DNA from: an uncultured Actinomycetes bacterium
Lineage (GTDB): Bacteria > Actinomycetota > Thermoleophilia > UBA2241
Assembly (NCBI GenBank): GCA_963709345.1
Contig: CAVPVX010000004.1
Coordinates: 256,001 to 320,000, forward strand
Length of the DNA stretch: 64,000 nt
Direction: 5' to 3'
Shown here: piece by piece, positions 36,849 through 46,687 of the stretch
Layout: each line of letters starts with the position of its first letter
How positions within the stretch are numbered: the stretch's first letter is position 1
Position numbers and translations under genes: made by a program
Notes under the pieces: model-generated
Databases searched by the model: none
Seen by the model: the letters and a program-made list of their open reading frames with translations, nothing else
Told to the model about the DNA's origin: nothing

Positions 36849-37271
36849 ATGGGATTGCAGCTCACACGCGGCGCCGAGTACGCGATCAGAGCGATGACCT
36901 ATCTGGCCCGTGTCCCCGACGGCCGGGTCGCGTCGCTGCACGAGATCGGTGAGGCGCAGGACATACCCGAGAGCTTCCTCGCGAAGATCCTGCAGAGCCT
37001 GGTCCGTTCCGGTCTTGCCGCGTCACAGCGTGGTGCGCACGGAGGCTTCGCCTTGGCGAGCCCTGCCTCCGCCATCACCATGCAGGACGTGATCGAGGCC
37101 GTTGACGGTCCGATATCGCTCAACCGGTGCGTCTTGTCGCCGGAGGAGTGCGGGCGCAGCGCTTCGTGCGCCGTTCACCGGTCGTGGCTCCGCGCTCAGG
37201 AGCAGCTCATGGACGTGCTGGGTACGGTGACGCTCGAGTCGCTGACCCCGCAGCCGGCGCCGGCCGTCTGA
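36849..37271 (+). CDS. Rrf2 family regulator with three Cys (Fe-S type)
   Basis: EYAIRAM, IPESFLAKILQSL, SQRGAHGGF, C-x6-C-x5-C. Confidence 0.92.
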   Translation: MGLQLTRGAEYAIRAMTYLARVPDGRVASLHEIGEAQDIPESFLAKILQSLVRSGLAASQRGAHGGFALASPASAITMQDVIEAVDGPISLNRCVLSPEECGRSASCAVHRSWLRAQEQLMDVLGTVTLESLTPQPAPAV

Positions 37272-37288
37272 CTCGCTTTCGCCGTGGC

Positions 37289-38263
37289 TCAGGCGCTCTC
37301 GTATCCCTCCGGGTGAGCGCGCATCCAGATCCACGCCGAGGCGACGGCGTTCCGCAGGTCCTTCGTGGGCCTCCAGCCCAAGCGCTCCGCCGCCCGCCGG
37401 TTGCTCGCCAGGAGCACCGGGGGATCCCCCGCCCGGCGTTCCACGTGGCGCCGCCGCAGCGGCAGCTTCGTCACGTCTTCCACCACGTCGAGCACACGGC
37501 TCACCGAGGCGCCGTCGCCGGTACCCAGGTTGAACGCACCCTGGGTGGCCGGGAGCGCTTCCAGCGCGGCGATGTGTGCCGCGGCGAGGTCGGCGACGTG
37601 TACGTAGTCGCGCACGCAGGTCCCGTCGTCGGTCGGGTAGTCGGCGCCGTAAACACGGATGGCGGCGCCGTCGCGGGCCGCGCGTAGCGCCAGGGGGATC
37701 AGGTGTGACTCGGGGTCGTGGTCCTCGCCGCACGGCTCCACGGCCCCACAGGCGTTGAAGTAGCGCAGGGCGGTGAAGGCGAGCGTCCCGGCCGCGCGCG
37801 CCTGCTCGAGAAGCCGCTCGCCGGCGAGCTTGGTCTCGCCGTACGGGTTGGCGGGGGCGAGGGGATCGCGTTCGTCGATCGGCGTGCGCCGGGGTTCCCC
37901 GTAGACCGCGGCGGTGGAGCTGAAGACGAGACGGCCGACACACGCCTCGGCCGCGGCTGCGATGACGGACGCCGTCCCGTCGACGTTGACTTCTCGGTAG
38001 CGCTCCGGGTGCTCCACCGACTCACCGACCTCGGCCAGGGCTGCCATGTGGATGATGGCGTCCGCGCGCAGGTCACGCAGTGAGGCCGCGAGTAGCGGCC
38101 CGTCGCGAATGTCTCCGCGCACGAGCCGGGCGCTGCCGGTGACCGCCGCCGCGTGCCCGCGTGAGAGGTCGTCGTAGGCGACGACCTCGTGCCCGTGTTC
38201 GGCGAGGCGCGCGACGATCACGCTGCCGATGTAGCCGGCTCCGCCGGTGACGAGGATGCGCAT
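37289..38263 (-). CDS. galE: UDP-glucose 4-epimerase
   Basis: TGGAGYIGS, FSSTAAVYG, YGETK, LRYFNACG, DGTCVRDYVHV. Confidence 0.93.
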   Translation of the reverse strand: MRILVTGGAGYIGSVIVARLAEHGHEVVAYDDLSRGHAAAVTGSARLVRGDIRDGPLLAASLRDLRADAIIHMAALAEVGESVEHPERYREVNVDGTASVIAAAAEACVGRLVFSSTAAVYGEPRRTPIDERDPLAPANPYGETKLAGERLLEQARAAGTLAFTALRYFNACGAVEPCGEDHDPESHLIPLALRAARDGAAIRVYGADYPTDDGTCVRDYVHVADLAAAHIAALEALPATQGAFNLGTGDGASVSRVLDVVEDVTKLPLRRRHVERRAGDPPVLLASNRRAAERLGWRPTKDLRNAVASAWIWMRAHPEGYESA

Positions 38264-38318
38264 GCCACGATGCTATCAGCCGGGCGTGGTCCCCGGCTCG
38301 TCCGGCGCGCCCTGAAAG

Positions 38319-38355
38319 GGACGGGCGGGGCGCGCCTGCGGCGCCCCGCCCGTCC
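38319..38355 (-). terminator. Intrinsic terminator after the M6 protease gene
   Basis: 15-bp stem ggacgggcggggcgc / gcgccccgcccgtcc, followed by CTTTC on the minus strand. Confidence 0.7.
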
Positions 38356-38377
38356 GATCGCGTCACGCGACCGCGGA

Positions 38378-40741
38378 TCACTTCTTGTTGTCGACCCAGA
38401 TCGTCATGCCCGTGGAATCCATCGACTTGACCTTGATACGCACGCCGAGGTTCCTGGGGATCTTGACCCCCGCTTCCGGAGCGTCCGCGTACCAGTAGGT
38501 CCTCGAGTCCTTGAACCACGGCTGGGCGAGCTTGCCGGGAGCGGTGCGCTCGCCGACGTTGACACCGGCGTCGTAGTCTTTGAAGTAGATGCTCTCCGTC
38601 CGCGTCGGCTTGAGGCCGAAGGCCGCGTCGCGCACCTGGATGCGCGGCCGCCAGTAGCCGAACGCGCCGTTGTAGGCGACGCCGTCAGGCTTCGGTCGGG
38701 CGTCGACGACCATCCAGCCGCCGCGGCCCAGGTGGGCCGCCACGTCGTTGTCCTGGTAGAAGGTGTCGCGGTAGATGAGGTGCAGGCCGCGGTTGTAGGT
38801 GAACCAGTCGACCCAGCTCCAGTAGCTGTTGTTCCACTGGTAGCAGTTCTTGAGGCTGGCGTCGAAGCCGTCGTGGGTGCGGTACTCCGCGATGTAGTAG
38901 TTGTCGCTCATCACCGTGTACACGCCGTCGACGCGCGACCAGCCGTCGCGGACGAAGGCCGCCACCGGGATGGAGGTGCCCCCGAGCTTGACGTCGGTGA
39001 TCTCCCATCCGCGCCAGGCCACACCGCCGTCGGTGCGGTAACGGAAGCGGAGGTAGACGTCCTGGCCGGCGAAGGGCGAGAGGTCGTACTCGATCGGCGT
39101 CGCCCAATTCTCCGTGTCGATGCCGTTGAGGCCGAAGCCGGCCGGCGCTTCGACTGTGTTGCCGGGGCTCTCGATCGTGGTCCACGAGGCACCGTCGGCG
39201 GAGGCCTCGAGGTACCCGTAGTCGTAGTCCGACTCCATCTCGTACCACACCCGCGCCGTCAGGCTGGGATCGCCGGTGGGGACTGTCCACGCCCCCATCG
39301 TTGTGAGGGTGCTGTTGAGGTCGTCACCCATGCCGGACCACCACTCGGTGGCTCCGTCCTTGCTGCTCAGTTCGATGCTGTGCTTGCGCTTCGGCAGGAG
39401 GATCTTGACGCCGGCCGAACCCATCGTGCCCGTGGCAGCCGGCTGCAGCTTGACGGTGGCCGTCTTGCCGCGATTGACCTCCTTGGGTGTGACGAAGCCT
39501 AGGGCGTACTTGTCCCAGACGTTCATCGGAGCCGGCTTGGTGCCGAGACCCCACTGGCGGCCCAGCCATGAGCCGCTCGCCATGATCGTCCAGAAGCCGG
39601 ACGAGGCGTCACCGGTGGTGCTGGAGTAGTCGTACTCGTCGGGAAGGCCGAGGTCGTGACCGAACTCGTGGCTGATCACACCGGGGTCGCAGTCCTCGGG
39701 ATCGATGGTGTAGTTGTAGGCCCAGATGCCGGTTCCCTCGGGCCCCTGTCCCTCCGTGCCCGGGACCATCTGGCCGGGGAAACCGCCGGGGCCGTCGCCG
39801 TCGTTGACGAGGATCCCCCACGAGTGCGCCCAGATGGCGTCGCTGTCCTGGGCGCCGCCGCCGGCCGACTGGTCGCTGCCGGCGTGGATGATGATGAGGT
39901 GGTCGATGATGCCGTCAGGCTGGTAGAACGAGCCGCCCCTGATGCCGTAGGGGTTCTCGTTGTCGTAGTCGGCCCAGGGGAAGCCCGGGTTCTCCGCTGC
40001 GAACTTCACGACCGCGTCCTGTGCTACCCGGTAGACGTCACCGGTGAGGTCGTCGGTGGACACCCAGGGGTCGCTGTCGGCGCCGTACCACGACTCGGGC
40101 ATGTCGAGCTGTACCCACTCACCGATGTCGCCCTCGAGCGTGAAGGCGCCCTTGGACATCTCGAGGTAGTAGTTGCGAACGGTGTCGCTGCTGGTGCCGC
40201 GGAGGGCGCCGTCGGCGTCGTAGATGCCGAACGAGTTGCCGAAGATCTCCTGCTGGTAGTGCATCGGGCTGAAGTCGCCGGGCCAGAAGGTGGCGTTGTC
40301 GTCGGGCCACGGTGCTGGGATCTCACCGTGCGCCGGCCCCGGCGTCATGGGGCCGGTGGGATCGGGAGCGCCGAGCGGCCAGGATTCATCGCCGAACTCG
40401 ACCAGCAGAACGAGGCACTTGGTCGTGAACGTCTGGGTGGCGCTCGGGTCGGACATGCGACGCGAGAGGTACGCGCCGACCGCGGTCTGCTTGCCCTCGA
40501 GCGTCCGCTTGACCGCCGGCATCTTGCGCTCGTACCGCGGCCCGTCGCCGACGATCGCCTTGACCGTGGCCCTCGCCATGTCAGGCGTCGCGTACTGAGG
40601 GATCAGGCCAAGCTTCTGGAACTTCTTGCCGATCAGCACATCGTTCGGCGCCACGGCGCCGGCCGGCGCCGCCACCAGGATCGTGAGCAGCGCCCCAAGC
40701 ACAGCTCCACAGAAGACTCTTCGCACTGTCGCCCCCTTCAT
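38378..40741 (-). CDS. Secreted M6 (immune inhibitor A) metalloprotease
   Basis: Signal peptide, LVLLVEF, NYYLEMSKG, DHLIIIHAG, HEFGHDLGLPDEYD, YYIAEYR. Confidence 0.9.
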   Translation of the reverse strand: MKGATVRRVFCGAVLGALLTILVAAPAGAVAPNDVLIGKKFQKLGLIPQYATPDMARATVKAIVGDGPRYERKMPAVKRTLEGKQTAVGAYLSRRMSDPSATQTFTTKCLVLLVEFGDESWPLGAPDPTGPMTPGPAHGEIPAPWPDDNATFWPGDFSPMHYQQEIFGNSFGIYDADGALRGTSSDTVRNYYLEMSKGAFTLEGDIGEWVQLDMPESWYGADSDPWVSTDDLTGDVYRVAQDAVVKFAAENPGFPWADYDNENPYGIRGGSFYQPDGIIDHLIIIHAGSDQSAGGGAQDSDAIWAHSWGILVNDGDGPGGFPGQMVPGTEGQGPEGTGIWAYNYTIDPEDCDPGVISHEFGHDLGLPDEYDYSSTTGDASSGFWTIMASGSWLGRQWGLGTKPAPMNVWDKYALGFVTPKEVNRGKTATVKLQPAATGTMGSAGVKILLPKRKHSIELSSKDGATEWWSGMGDDLNSTLTTMGAWTVPTGDPSLTARVWYEMESDYDYGYLEASADGASWTTIESPGNTVEAPAGFGLNGIDTENWATPIEYDLSPFAGQDVYLRFRYRTDGGVAWRGWEITDVKLGGTSIPVAAFVRDGWSRVDGVYTVMSDNYYIAEYRTHDGFDASLKNCYQWNNSYWSWVDWFTYNRGLHLIYRDTFYQDNDVAAHLGRGGWMVVDARPKPDGVAYNGAFGYWRPRIQVRDAAFGLKPTRTESIYFKDYDAGVNVGERTAPGKLAQPWFKDSRTYWYADAPEAGVKIPRNLGVRIKVKSMDSTGMTIWVDNKK

Positions 40742-40873
40742 CCGACTGACCTCCCTGCAGGCGCCCGGGTCCCGTCGCGATGCTCGCCCCGCGGCCCCGG
40801 GCAAAGATGATGGGAGTGTACTCCCGAAGGAGCGAGGTGGCGATGGGGCTGGCGTGCGGTGCCCCGGGACGAA

Positions 40874-40908
40874 GAACGCCCGCGTGCCGGAGTTGCACGC
40901 GGGCGTTC
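40874..40908 (-). terminator. Intrinsic terminator after the zinc-ribbon gene
   Basis: Perfect 14-bp stem gaacgcccgcgtgc / gcacgcgggcgttc. Confidence 0.65.
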
Positions 40909-40978
40909 GCGGAAAGCCGTCGCCTTGCCGGGCGACGCGGTTGCATCGGGCGGCGCGACCGCGCCGCTGATCTCAGCC

Positions 40979-41179
40979 TCAGCCGAAGGGGCTGCCGGTC
41001 GGTACCGAGCAGCCGCCGCCAGAACTGCCTCCGATGCTGCTCAGGAAGCTGGTGAACTTCTGGCTCACGTCCTCGCTCCCGCAGTCCGGGCAGACGCGGT
41101 CTTCATCTTTCAGAAAGCCCTGCCGGAACACCTCGAACTCGTGCCCGCAGGAATCGCAGACCAGATCGTATGACGCCAT
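40979..41179 (-). CDS. FmdB family zinc-ribbon protein
   Basis: MASYDLVCDSCGHEFE...CPDCGS...GGGC. RBS AGGAGG. Confidence 0.88.
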   Translation of the reverse strand: MASYDLVCDSCGHEFEVFRQGFLKDEDRVCPDCGSEDVSQKFTSFLSSIGGSSGGGCSVPTGSPFG

Positions 41180-41205
41180 GATCCTCCTGTGCGGTGGTGG
41201 ATAAC

Positions 41206-41221
41206 ATACCCTACTGGGTAT
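41206..41221. promoter_or_regulatory. CsoR/CstR-like operator ATACCC-TACT-GGGTAT
   Basis: Perfect dyad overlapping a minus-strand TATAAT (41220-41225) between divergent genes. Confidence 0.6.
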
Positions 41222-41329
41222 TATACGCCTGTCCGGCGACGGGGCAAACACCGTGTCGCAGGGTAAGCTCATGCGCGAGATGATCCGCCCGAGCGTACTG
41301 CTCGGGCTCACCGCCGACAAGGGGATGGG

Positions 41330-41827
41330 ATGAAGACCACCAAGCCGAAGGCTGCGATCGCCGTCATTCTCGCCGTTGTGGTCGCCATGCTGGCGCTCGC
41401 CGCCTGTGGCGGCGATGAAGGAGCGACGACGGGTACGACTGCGAACACCGACGTCGAGGTCCTGGCCGCGTCGGAGTTCTCCGTTGCCGACTACGTCGGC
41501 AAGCCGCTCGTGATCAACTTCTTCGGCTCCTGGTGCGGGCCGTGTCAGGCAGAGGCTCCGGACCTGGCCGAGTTCGCCGCCGGCGCGACGGGCGCTCAAC
41601 TCGTCGGGATCGCCGTCAACGACACCGAGAGCGATGCTCTCGCCTTCGTGGCCGAGTACGGCATGGCCTACCCATTGGTGATCGACGACAACAGCCTCGC
41701 CGCCGAGTACGGCATCACGGGGGTACCCACGACCATCTTCTTCGACGCTCAAGGCCAGGAGAAGGATCGCATCATCGGCGCGGCGGGCAGCGATCAGTTC
41801 AACGCGTCCCTGGCCAAGGCGCAGTGA
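41330..41827 (+). CDS. TlpA/ResA-like thiol-disulfide lipoprotein
   Basis: Lipobox LAAC, SWCGPC, GVPTT. Confidence 0.9.
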   Translation: MKTTKPKAAIAVILAVVVAMLALAACGGDEGATTGTTANTDVEVLAASEFSVADYVGKPLVINFFGSWCGPCQAEAPDLAEFAAGATGAQLVGIAVNDTESDALAFVAEYGMAYPLVIDDNSLAAEYGITGVPTTIFFDAQGQEKDRIIGAAGSDQFNASLAKAQ

Positions 41828-41864
41828 CGACTGTAACCCGGCGTCTCCTCTTCGCCCGGCGCTC

Positions 41865-42584
41865 ATGATCGCCGCGGAGATCAGCTCTCTCAGCCTGACA
41901 GCGATCGGACTCGCCTTCGCGGCTGGGCTCCTCTCGTTCGTCTCGCCCTGCGTGCTGCCGCTGCTGCCCGTCTATCTGTCCTTCATCTCGGGCGTCGGTG
42001 TGGACGAGCTGGCCGGCCAGCGCCGCCGACTGCTGTGGACCTCGCTCCTCTTCGTCGCCGGGTTCACCCTGGTCTTCATGATGATGGGAGCCGGTGCCGG
42101 TGGAGTCGGCCGGCTTCTGCTCCAGTACCGGGAGGCGCTGACCATTGCGGCCGGCGCCTTCATCGCCGTCAGCGGTCTCGTCGTGGCGGGCGTTCTCAAA
42201 CTGCCGAAGCCCGTCCTCAGGGTGGCGCCGAAGCGCGCCGGCGCCGGTGGCGCCTTTCTCACCGGCGCCGCCCTCGCCATCGGCTGGACGCCCTGTGTCG
42301 GCTACGTGCTCGGCGCCATCCTCTCGATGGCGGCGACCAGTCAGAGCGCCGTCGACGGCTCGCTTCTCCTCCTCGTCTACTCGATCGGCCTTGGCGTTCC
42401 CTTCGTGCTGGCCGCCCTCGCTTTCGACTGGATGACCGCGCGGCTGGCGTGGATCAAGAGGCACTACCGCGCCATTCAGGTCACCGCCGGCGTGCTGCTC
42501 GTGGTGTTCGGCGTGCTGATGATGCTCGGCGTGCTGGAGCGGCTCTCGCGCTGGCTGCCGGCGTTCAGCCCGGGCGGACTGTGA
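41865..42584 (+). CDS. ccdA: Cytochrome c biogenesis protein CcdA
   Basis: SFVSPCVLPLLP, GWTPCVG, YSIGLGVPF. Confidence 0.92.
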   Translation: MIAAEISSLSLTAIGLAFAAGLLSFVSPCVLPLLPVYLSFISGVGVDELAGQRRRLLWTSLLFVAGFTLVFMMMGAGAGGVGRLLLQYREALTIAAGAFIAVSGLVVAGVLKLPKPVLRVAPKRAGAGGAFLTGAALAIGWTPCVGYVLGAILSMAATSQSAVDGSLLLLVYSIGLGVPFVLAALAFDWMTARLAWIKRHYRAIQVTAGVLLVVFGVLMMLGVLERLSRWLPAFSPGGL

Positions 42585-42674
42585 CCGCGGCGGCTCTGCG
42601 CCGGGGTATCGCAGCTCGTCTTTCCGGCTTCTGACGCTGCCCACCCCGGCTCGCGGGGCGGTATCCTTGGGCGC

Positions 42675-45554
42675 GTGAGCACCAGGCACCGCATCCCGTC
42701 TCTGTCGGACCAGGGCCGCAGCGCCGCCGCCCGCCTGCGGCGCGTCGTCAGCGGCGAGGTCTCGACCTCGCCGCTCAGGCGTTGGATCTACTCGACCGAT
42801 GCGTCCGGCTACCGGGTGGTGCCTGAGGTCGTCGTCGTGGCGGCGTCCCGCGACGACCTCGCGGCGGTCGTGACGGTGGCGGGCGAGCTGGAGATACCGG
42901 TGGTCGTCCGCGGCGCCGGCTCGAGCCTCGCCGGTCAGGCTGTCGGACCTGGCATCACCGTCGACTGCTTCAAGCTCGACCGGATCCTGGAGATCGACGC
43001 GGACGGGCGTCGCGCGCGCGTCGAGCCCGGCGTCATCCAGGCTTCGCTCAACGCCGCCACGGCGGAGTATGGCCTCGAGTTCGGTCCCGACACGTCGACG
43101 GTCGACCAGGCGACGATCGGCGGGATGGTGGGCAACAACTCCTCCGGTTCGCGTTCGATCGTCTACGGCGAGACAAAGGACAAGGTCAGTCGGGTCGCCG
43201 GCGTGCTCGCCGGCGGCGAGGCCGTCGAGTTGGGGGAGTGCGACGACGGCAAGTTGCGGGCGGGGCTGGGCGGGCCCGCGACGGCGAGGCTGGCGGCGGC
43301 GCTCGCCCGGGTGCGCGAGCGGCACCGGGAGTCCATCGCCGGCGGGTTCCCCGAGACGCGACGCTGCACCTGTGGCTACAACCTGCGCGAGCTGCTCGCG
43401 CCACAGCCGCATCTCGGGCGCCTGGTCGCCGGCTCCGAAGGCACATTGCTGCTCTTCACAGAGCTCGATGTCCTGCTGGATGAACGTCCGGCGGCGCGCA
43501 CCGGCGCCGCGCTCACCTTCACCACGCTGCGCCGGGCGCTGGAGGCGAACGTGGCGATCCTGGAGACGGGTCCGTCCGCGGTGGAGCTGCTCGATCTCGG
43601 CCCGCTGCGCGCGGCGCCGAACCTCGCGACGTTCCCGCGCATGGCCGAGCTGCTGGCCGGCGCCGACGAGGCCATGCTCACCGTCGAGTACCAGGGCGAC
43701 GCCGAGGAAGCGCGCGCCGGCCTCGAGCGGCTGCGGGCGCTGGCCGGGGAGCTCGGCGCGACCGGGGTCGCGTGGCTGGGCGATCAGGATGCGCTCGCCG
43801 AGGCGGCGGCGCTGCGGCGCGCCGTCTTGCCGCTGCTCATGGGGGCGCCGGGCGCCGCGCGCCCGGCGTCGTTCGTCGAGGACACGGCCGTTGCCCCGGA
43901 GCGGCTCGCCGGCTTCGTCACCGACTTCCGCCGCCTCGTGGCCGCGCACGGCGTGTCCGCTTCGTTCACGGGGCACGCCTCCGCCGGGTGCTTGCACGTC
44001 CGTCCCTTCCTCGACCAGAAGTCGGTGGCAGGCATAGAGTGCATGGAGAAGCTGGCCGGCGAGGTGGGCCGTCTGGTGGCCGAGTACCACGGGGCGATCT
44101 CCGGCGAGCACGGCGTCGGGCGCTCGCGCAGCTGGTCTCTTCCCGGGCTCCTCGGTCCCGACCTCTACGCCGCCATGGTCGCCGTCAAGGACGCCTTCGA
44201 CCCGCTGCGGATGCTCGGCCCCGGCGTGGTGGTGGACGGGCCGCCGTTGACCGAGTCACTGCGGTATGGGGCGGACTACCGCGGCGGGGGAGGCTGGGAG
44301 CCCCGGCTGTCCTTCGCCGCCGAGGGCGGTTTTGAGCGGGCGGCCGAGCTGTGCTTCGGCGCCGCCCTGTGCAAGAAGCAGACCGGTACGATGTGCCCCC
44401 CTGCCGCGGTCTCCCGCGACGAGGCGCTCTCCACCCGGGCGCGGGCGAACGCGCTGCAGGGCGTGATCTGCGGGGCCGTCCCCCTGGCGGCCATCGGGGC
44501 CGACGAGTTCCGCGACGTGCTCGGCACGTGCATCGCCTGCAAGGCCTGCAAGACCGAGTGCCCTGCCGGCGTCGACATGGCCGCGCTGAAGGTCGAGTGG
44601 CTCGCCGAGCTCCGTGCCAGGGAGGGTGTCCCCCTGCTGGCGCGCGGTATCGGCGAGTTCCGCCGGCTCGCGGCGTTCGCCGCCCCGGCGGCGCCGCTGG
44701 TGAACGCCCTCGGCCGCACGCGTCCGGCGCGCGCGCTCGCGGGCCGGCTCGGCGTCGCCCGCGAGCGGCCGCTCCCCTTGTTCGCGCGGCGTCCTCTCAC
44801 GAGGCGCCTCGCCGGCCGCCCGCATCTCTTCGAGGAGGGCCCGCGTGCAACGCTCTTCGTGGATTGCTTCATCCAGTATCAGGAGCCGGGCGTCGGCGAG
44901 GCCCTCGCGCGCCTGCTCGCGGCCGCCGGTGTCTCGCTGAGTCTCGCCGATGTCGGCTGCTGCGGCCGCACCGCGCTGTCCACCGGACAGATCGACAAGG
45001 CCCGGGCGTTCGCGACGCGCGCGGTCGCCGCCCTGCACGAGCGTTTGCGCGTGGGTGACGAGTTGCTGTTCGTGGAGCCGTCCTGCCTCTCCATGGCGCG
45101 TGACGACTGGGCGCGGCTCCTGCCCGGCGACCCGCGCCTGGCGGATGTCGCCGCAGCGAGCCGCCCGGCGCTTGCGCTCGTCGCCGACCTGGCCGCGGAC
45201 GGCCGTCTGCGCTTTCGTGCCGGCGGCCGCGCCCTGCTGCACAGCCACTGTCACGAAAAGGCGCTCGGCTTCGCCGCGGTCACCGAGCGGGCGCTGGCGG
45301 CGGTGCCGGGCCTGGAGTTCGACAGCCTCGACACCGGCTGCTGTGGCATGTCCGGCGTCTTCGGCTACGAGGCCGAGCACTACGACCTCAGCGTGGCGAT
45401 GGGCGAGCACGCGCTGCTCCCCGCAGTGAGAGCCGCGGGGCCGGAGACGGTCGTGCTCGCGACCGGCACGTCGTGCCGCACGCAGATCGGCGACCTCGGC
45501 GGCCGCCGGGCTCTGCATCCACTCGAGTTCCTGGCCGCGCGGCTCCTCGCCTGA
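42675..45554 (+). CDS. FAD-binding Fe-S oxidoreductase (GlcD/GlcF fusion, YdiJ/D-2-hydroxyacid dehydrogenase-like)
   Basis: RGAGSSLAGQ, GHASAGCLH, SGEHGVG, CIACKACKTECP, two CCG domains. Confidence 0.9.
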   Translation: MSTRHRIPSLSDQGRSAAARLRRVVSGEVSTSPLRRWIYSTDASGYRVVPEVVVVAASRDDLAAVVTVAGELEIPVVVRGAGSSLAGQAVGPGITVDCFKLDRILEIDADGRRARVEPGVIQASLNAATAEYGLEFGPDTSTVDQATIGGMVGNNSSGSRSIVYGETKDKVSRVAGVLAGGEAVELGECDDGKLRAGLGGPATARLAAALARVRERHRESIAGGFPETRRCTCGYNLRELLAPQPHLGRLVAGSEGTLLLFTELDVLLDERPAARTGAALTFTTLRRALEANVAILETGPSAVELLDLGPLRAAPNLATFPRMAELLAGADEAMLTVEYQGDAEEARAGLERLRALAGELGATGVAWLGDQDALAEAAALRRAVLPLLMGAPGAARPASFVEDTAVAPERLAGFVTDFRRLVAAHGVSASFTGHASAGCLHVRPFLDQKSVAGIECMEKLAGEVGRLVAEYHGAISGEHGVGRSRSWSLPGLLGPDLYAAMVAVKDAFDPLRMLGPGVVVDGPPLTESLRYGADYRGGGGWEPRLSFAAEGGFERAAELCFGAALCKKQTGTMCPPAAVSRDEALSTRARANALQGVICGAVPLAAIGADEFRDVLGTCIACKACKTECPAGVDMAALKVEWLAELRAREGVPLLARGIGEFRRLAAFAAPAAPLVNALGRTRPARALAGRLGVARERPLPLFARRPLTRRLAGRPHLFEEGPRATLFVDCFIQYQEPGVGEALARLLAAAGVSLSLADVGCCGRTALSTGQIDKARAFATRAVAALHERLRVGDELLFVEPSCLSMARDDWARLLPGDPRLADVAAASRPALALVADLAADGRLRFRAGGRALLHSHCHEKALGFAAVTERALAAVPGLEFDSLDTGCCGMSGVFGYEAEHYDLSVAMGEHALLPAVRAAGPETVVLATGTSCRTQIGDLGGRRALHPLEFLAARLLA

Positions 45555-45600
45555 CGACCGCGCGGGCCCGGCGGGCTCTTCCCCGTGTACGATGACGCAC

Positions 45601-45780
45601 GTGAACTGGATCATCCTGATTGCGGGAGTGACGGGGCTTGCCTGCGCGGGCTACGCGCTGGTCACGCTGTCCGTGGGCGCCTGGAGGCGCCGCCGGTATC
45701 TCGACATCGCCCTCGCCTTCGCCGTCGCCGCGGTGACGATGCTGCTGCTCATCGCTTTCGGGGACCGCATCGTCCGCTGA
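45601..45780 (+). CDS. Small two-TM membrane protein
   Basis: Two hydrophobic helices. TACGAT lies 7 nt before GTG 45601 (leaderless). Confidence 0.6.
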   Translation: MNWIILIAGVTGLACAGYALVTLSVGAWRRRRYLDIALAFAVAAVTMLLLIAFGDRIVR

Positions 45781-46027
45781 GCGGCGCGCGACCGCAGCGT
45801 CCGTCGCCCCGCGTGTACGGACGTCGCCCGTGCGTCGGGCTCAACTTCGGTGACCGTTGGCCGATACCCTTGAGTGTCGCCCGCAGGGAATCACCAGGCT
45901 TGGCCGAATCCCCGTAGCGCGGGGGGCGTGCGCGGGTTGGATCTTGCGCGATGCGGCGGTTCCCGGCGGTACGCCGCCGGGGGGCGACCTCCGTAGATCG
46001 TGGGTACGGCCGCAGGAGAGCAGGCTG

Positions 46028-46612
46028 ATGGCAAAACGCATCCTCGTCGTCGACGACGAGCCGGACATCCGGCGGCTGGTCGGCGAGGCGCTCGAGGTCA
46101 CGGGATACGACGTGCAGAAGGCCGCCAACGGCAGGGATGCCCTGCGCGCGGCGTCGCTCTACCTGCCCGATCTCGTCCTGCTCGACATCATGATGCCCGA
46201 CATGGACGGGTTCGCCGTGTACGAGCGCCTGCGCGAGAAGCCGGTCGACCTGCGTTCGCCGATCATCTTCCTGACGGCGCGCCGCGAGATCAACGACAAG
46301 CTCCTCGGCTTCGAGAAGGGTGCGGCCGACTACATCACGAAGCCGTTCCACATCAAGGAGCTCCTGGCGCGCGTCAAGGTGCATCTCGGAGAGCTCGGCC
46401 CGCCGAAGGGCGACACCCCGAACCCGATGACCGACCGCGAGCTCGAGGTCCTGGGACTCCTGGCCAGCGGCAAGACGTACAAGCAGGTCGCCCGGGCGCT
46501 CGACCTCAGCCAGAGCACCGTACGCAACCACCTGCACAACGTGTACCACAAGCTCAACGTGGTCGACCGCGCGCAGGCAGTGATCGTCAGCCGGGAGAAC
46601 GGCTGGATCTGA
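46028..46612 (+). CDS. Response regulator, REC + LuxR-type HTH
   Basis: ILVVDDE, LLDIMMP, ITKPF, TDRELEVL...STVRNHLHNVYHKLNV. RBS AGGAG. Confidence 0.92.
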   Translation: MAKRILVVDDEPDIRRLVGEALEVTGYDVQKAANGRDALRAASLYLPDLVLLDIMMPDMDGFAVYERLREKPVDLRSPIIFLTARREINDKLLGFEKGAADYITKPFHIKELLARVKVHLGELGPPKGDTPNPMTDRELEVLGLLASGKTYKQVARALDLSQSTVRNHLHNVYHKLNVVDRAQAVIVSRENGWI

Positions 46613-46687
46613 CGCGCGGGGCCGGACCGACGACGCGGAAGCTTCCGGGCCGGCGTGCTCGTCGGCCCGTCGTGCGTGCGATCGTGG

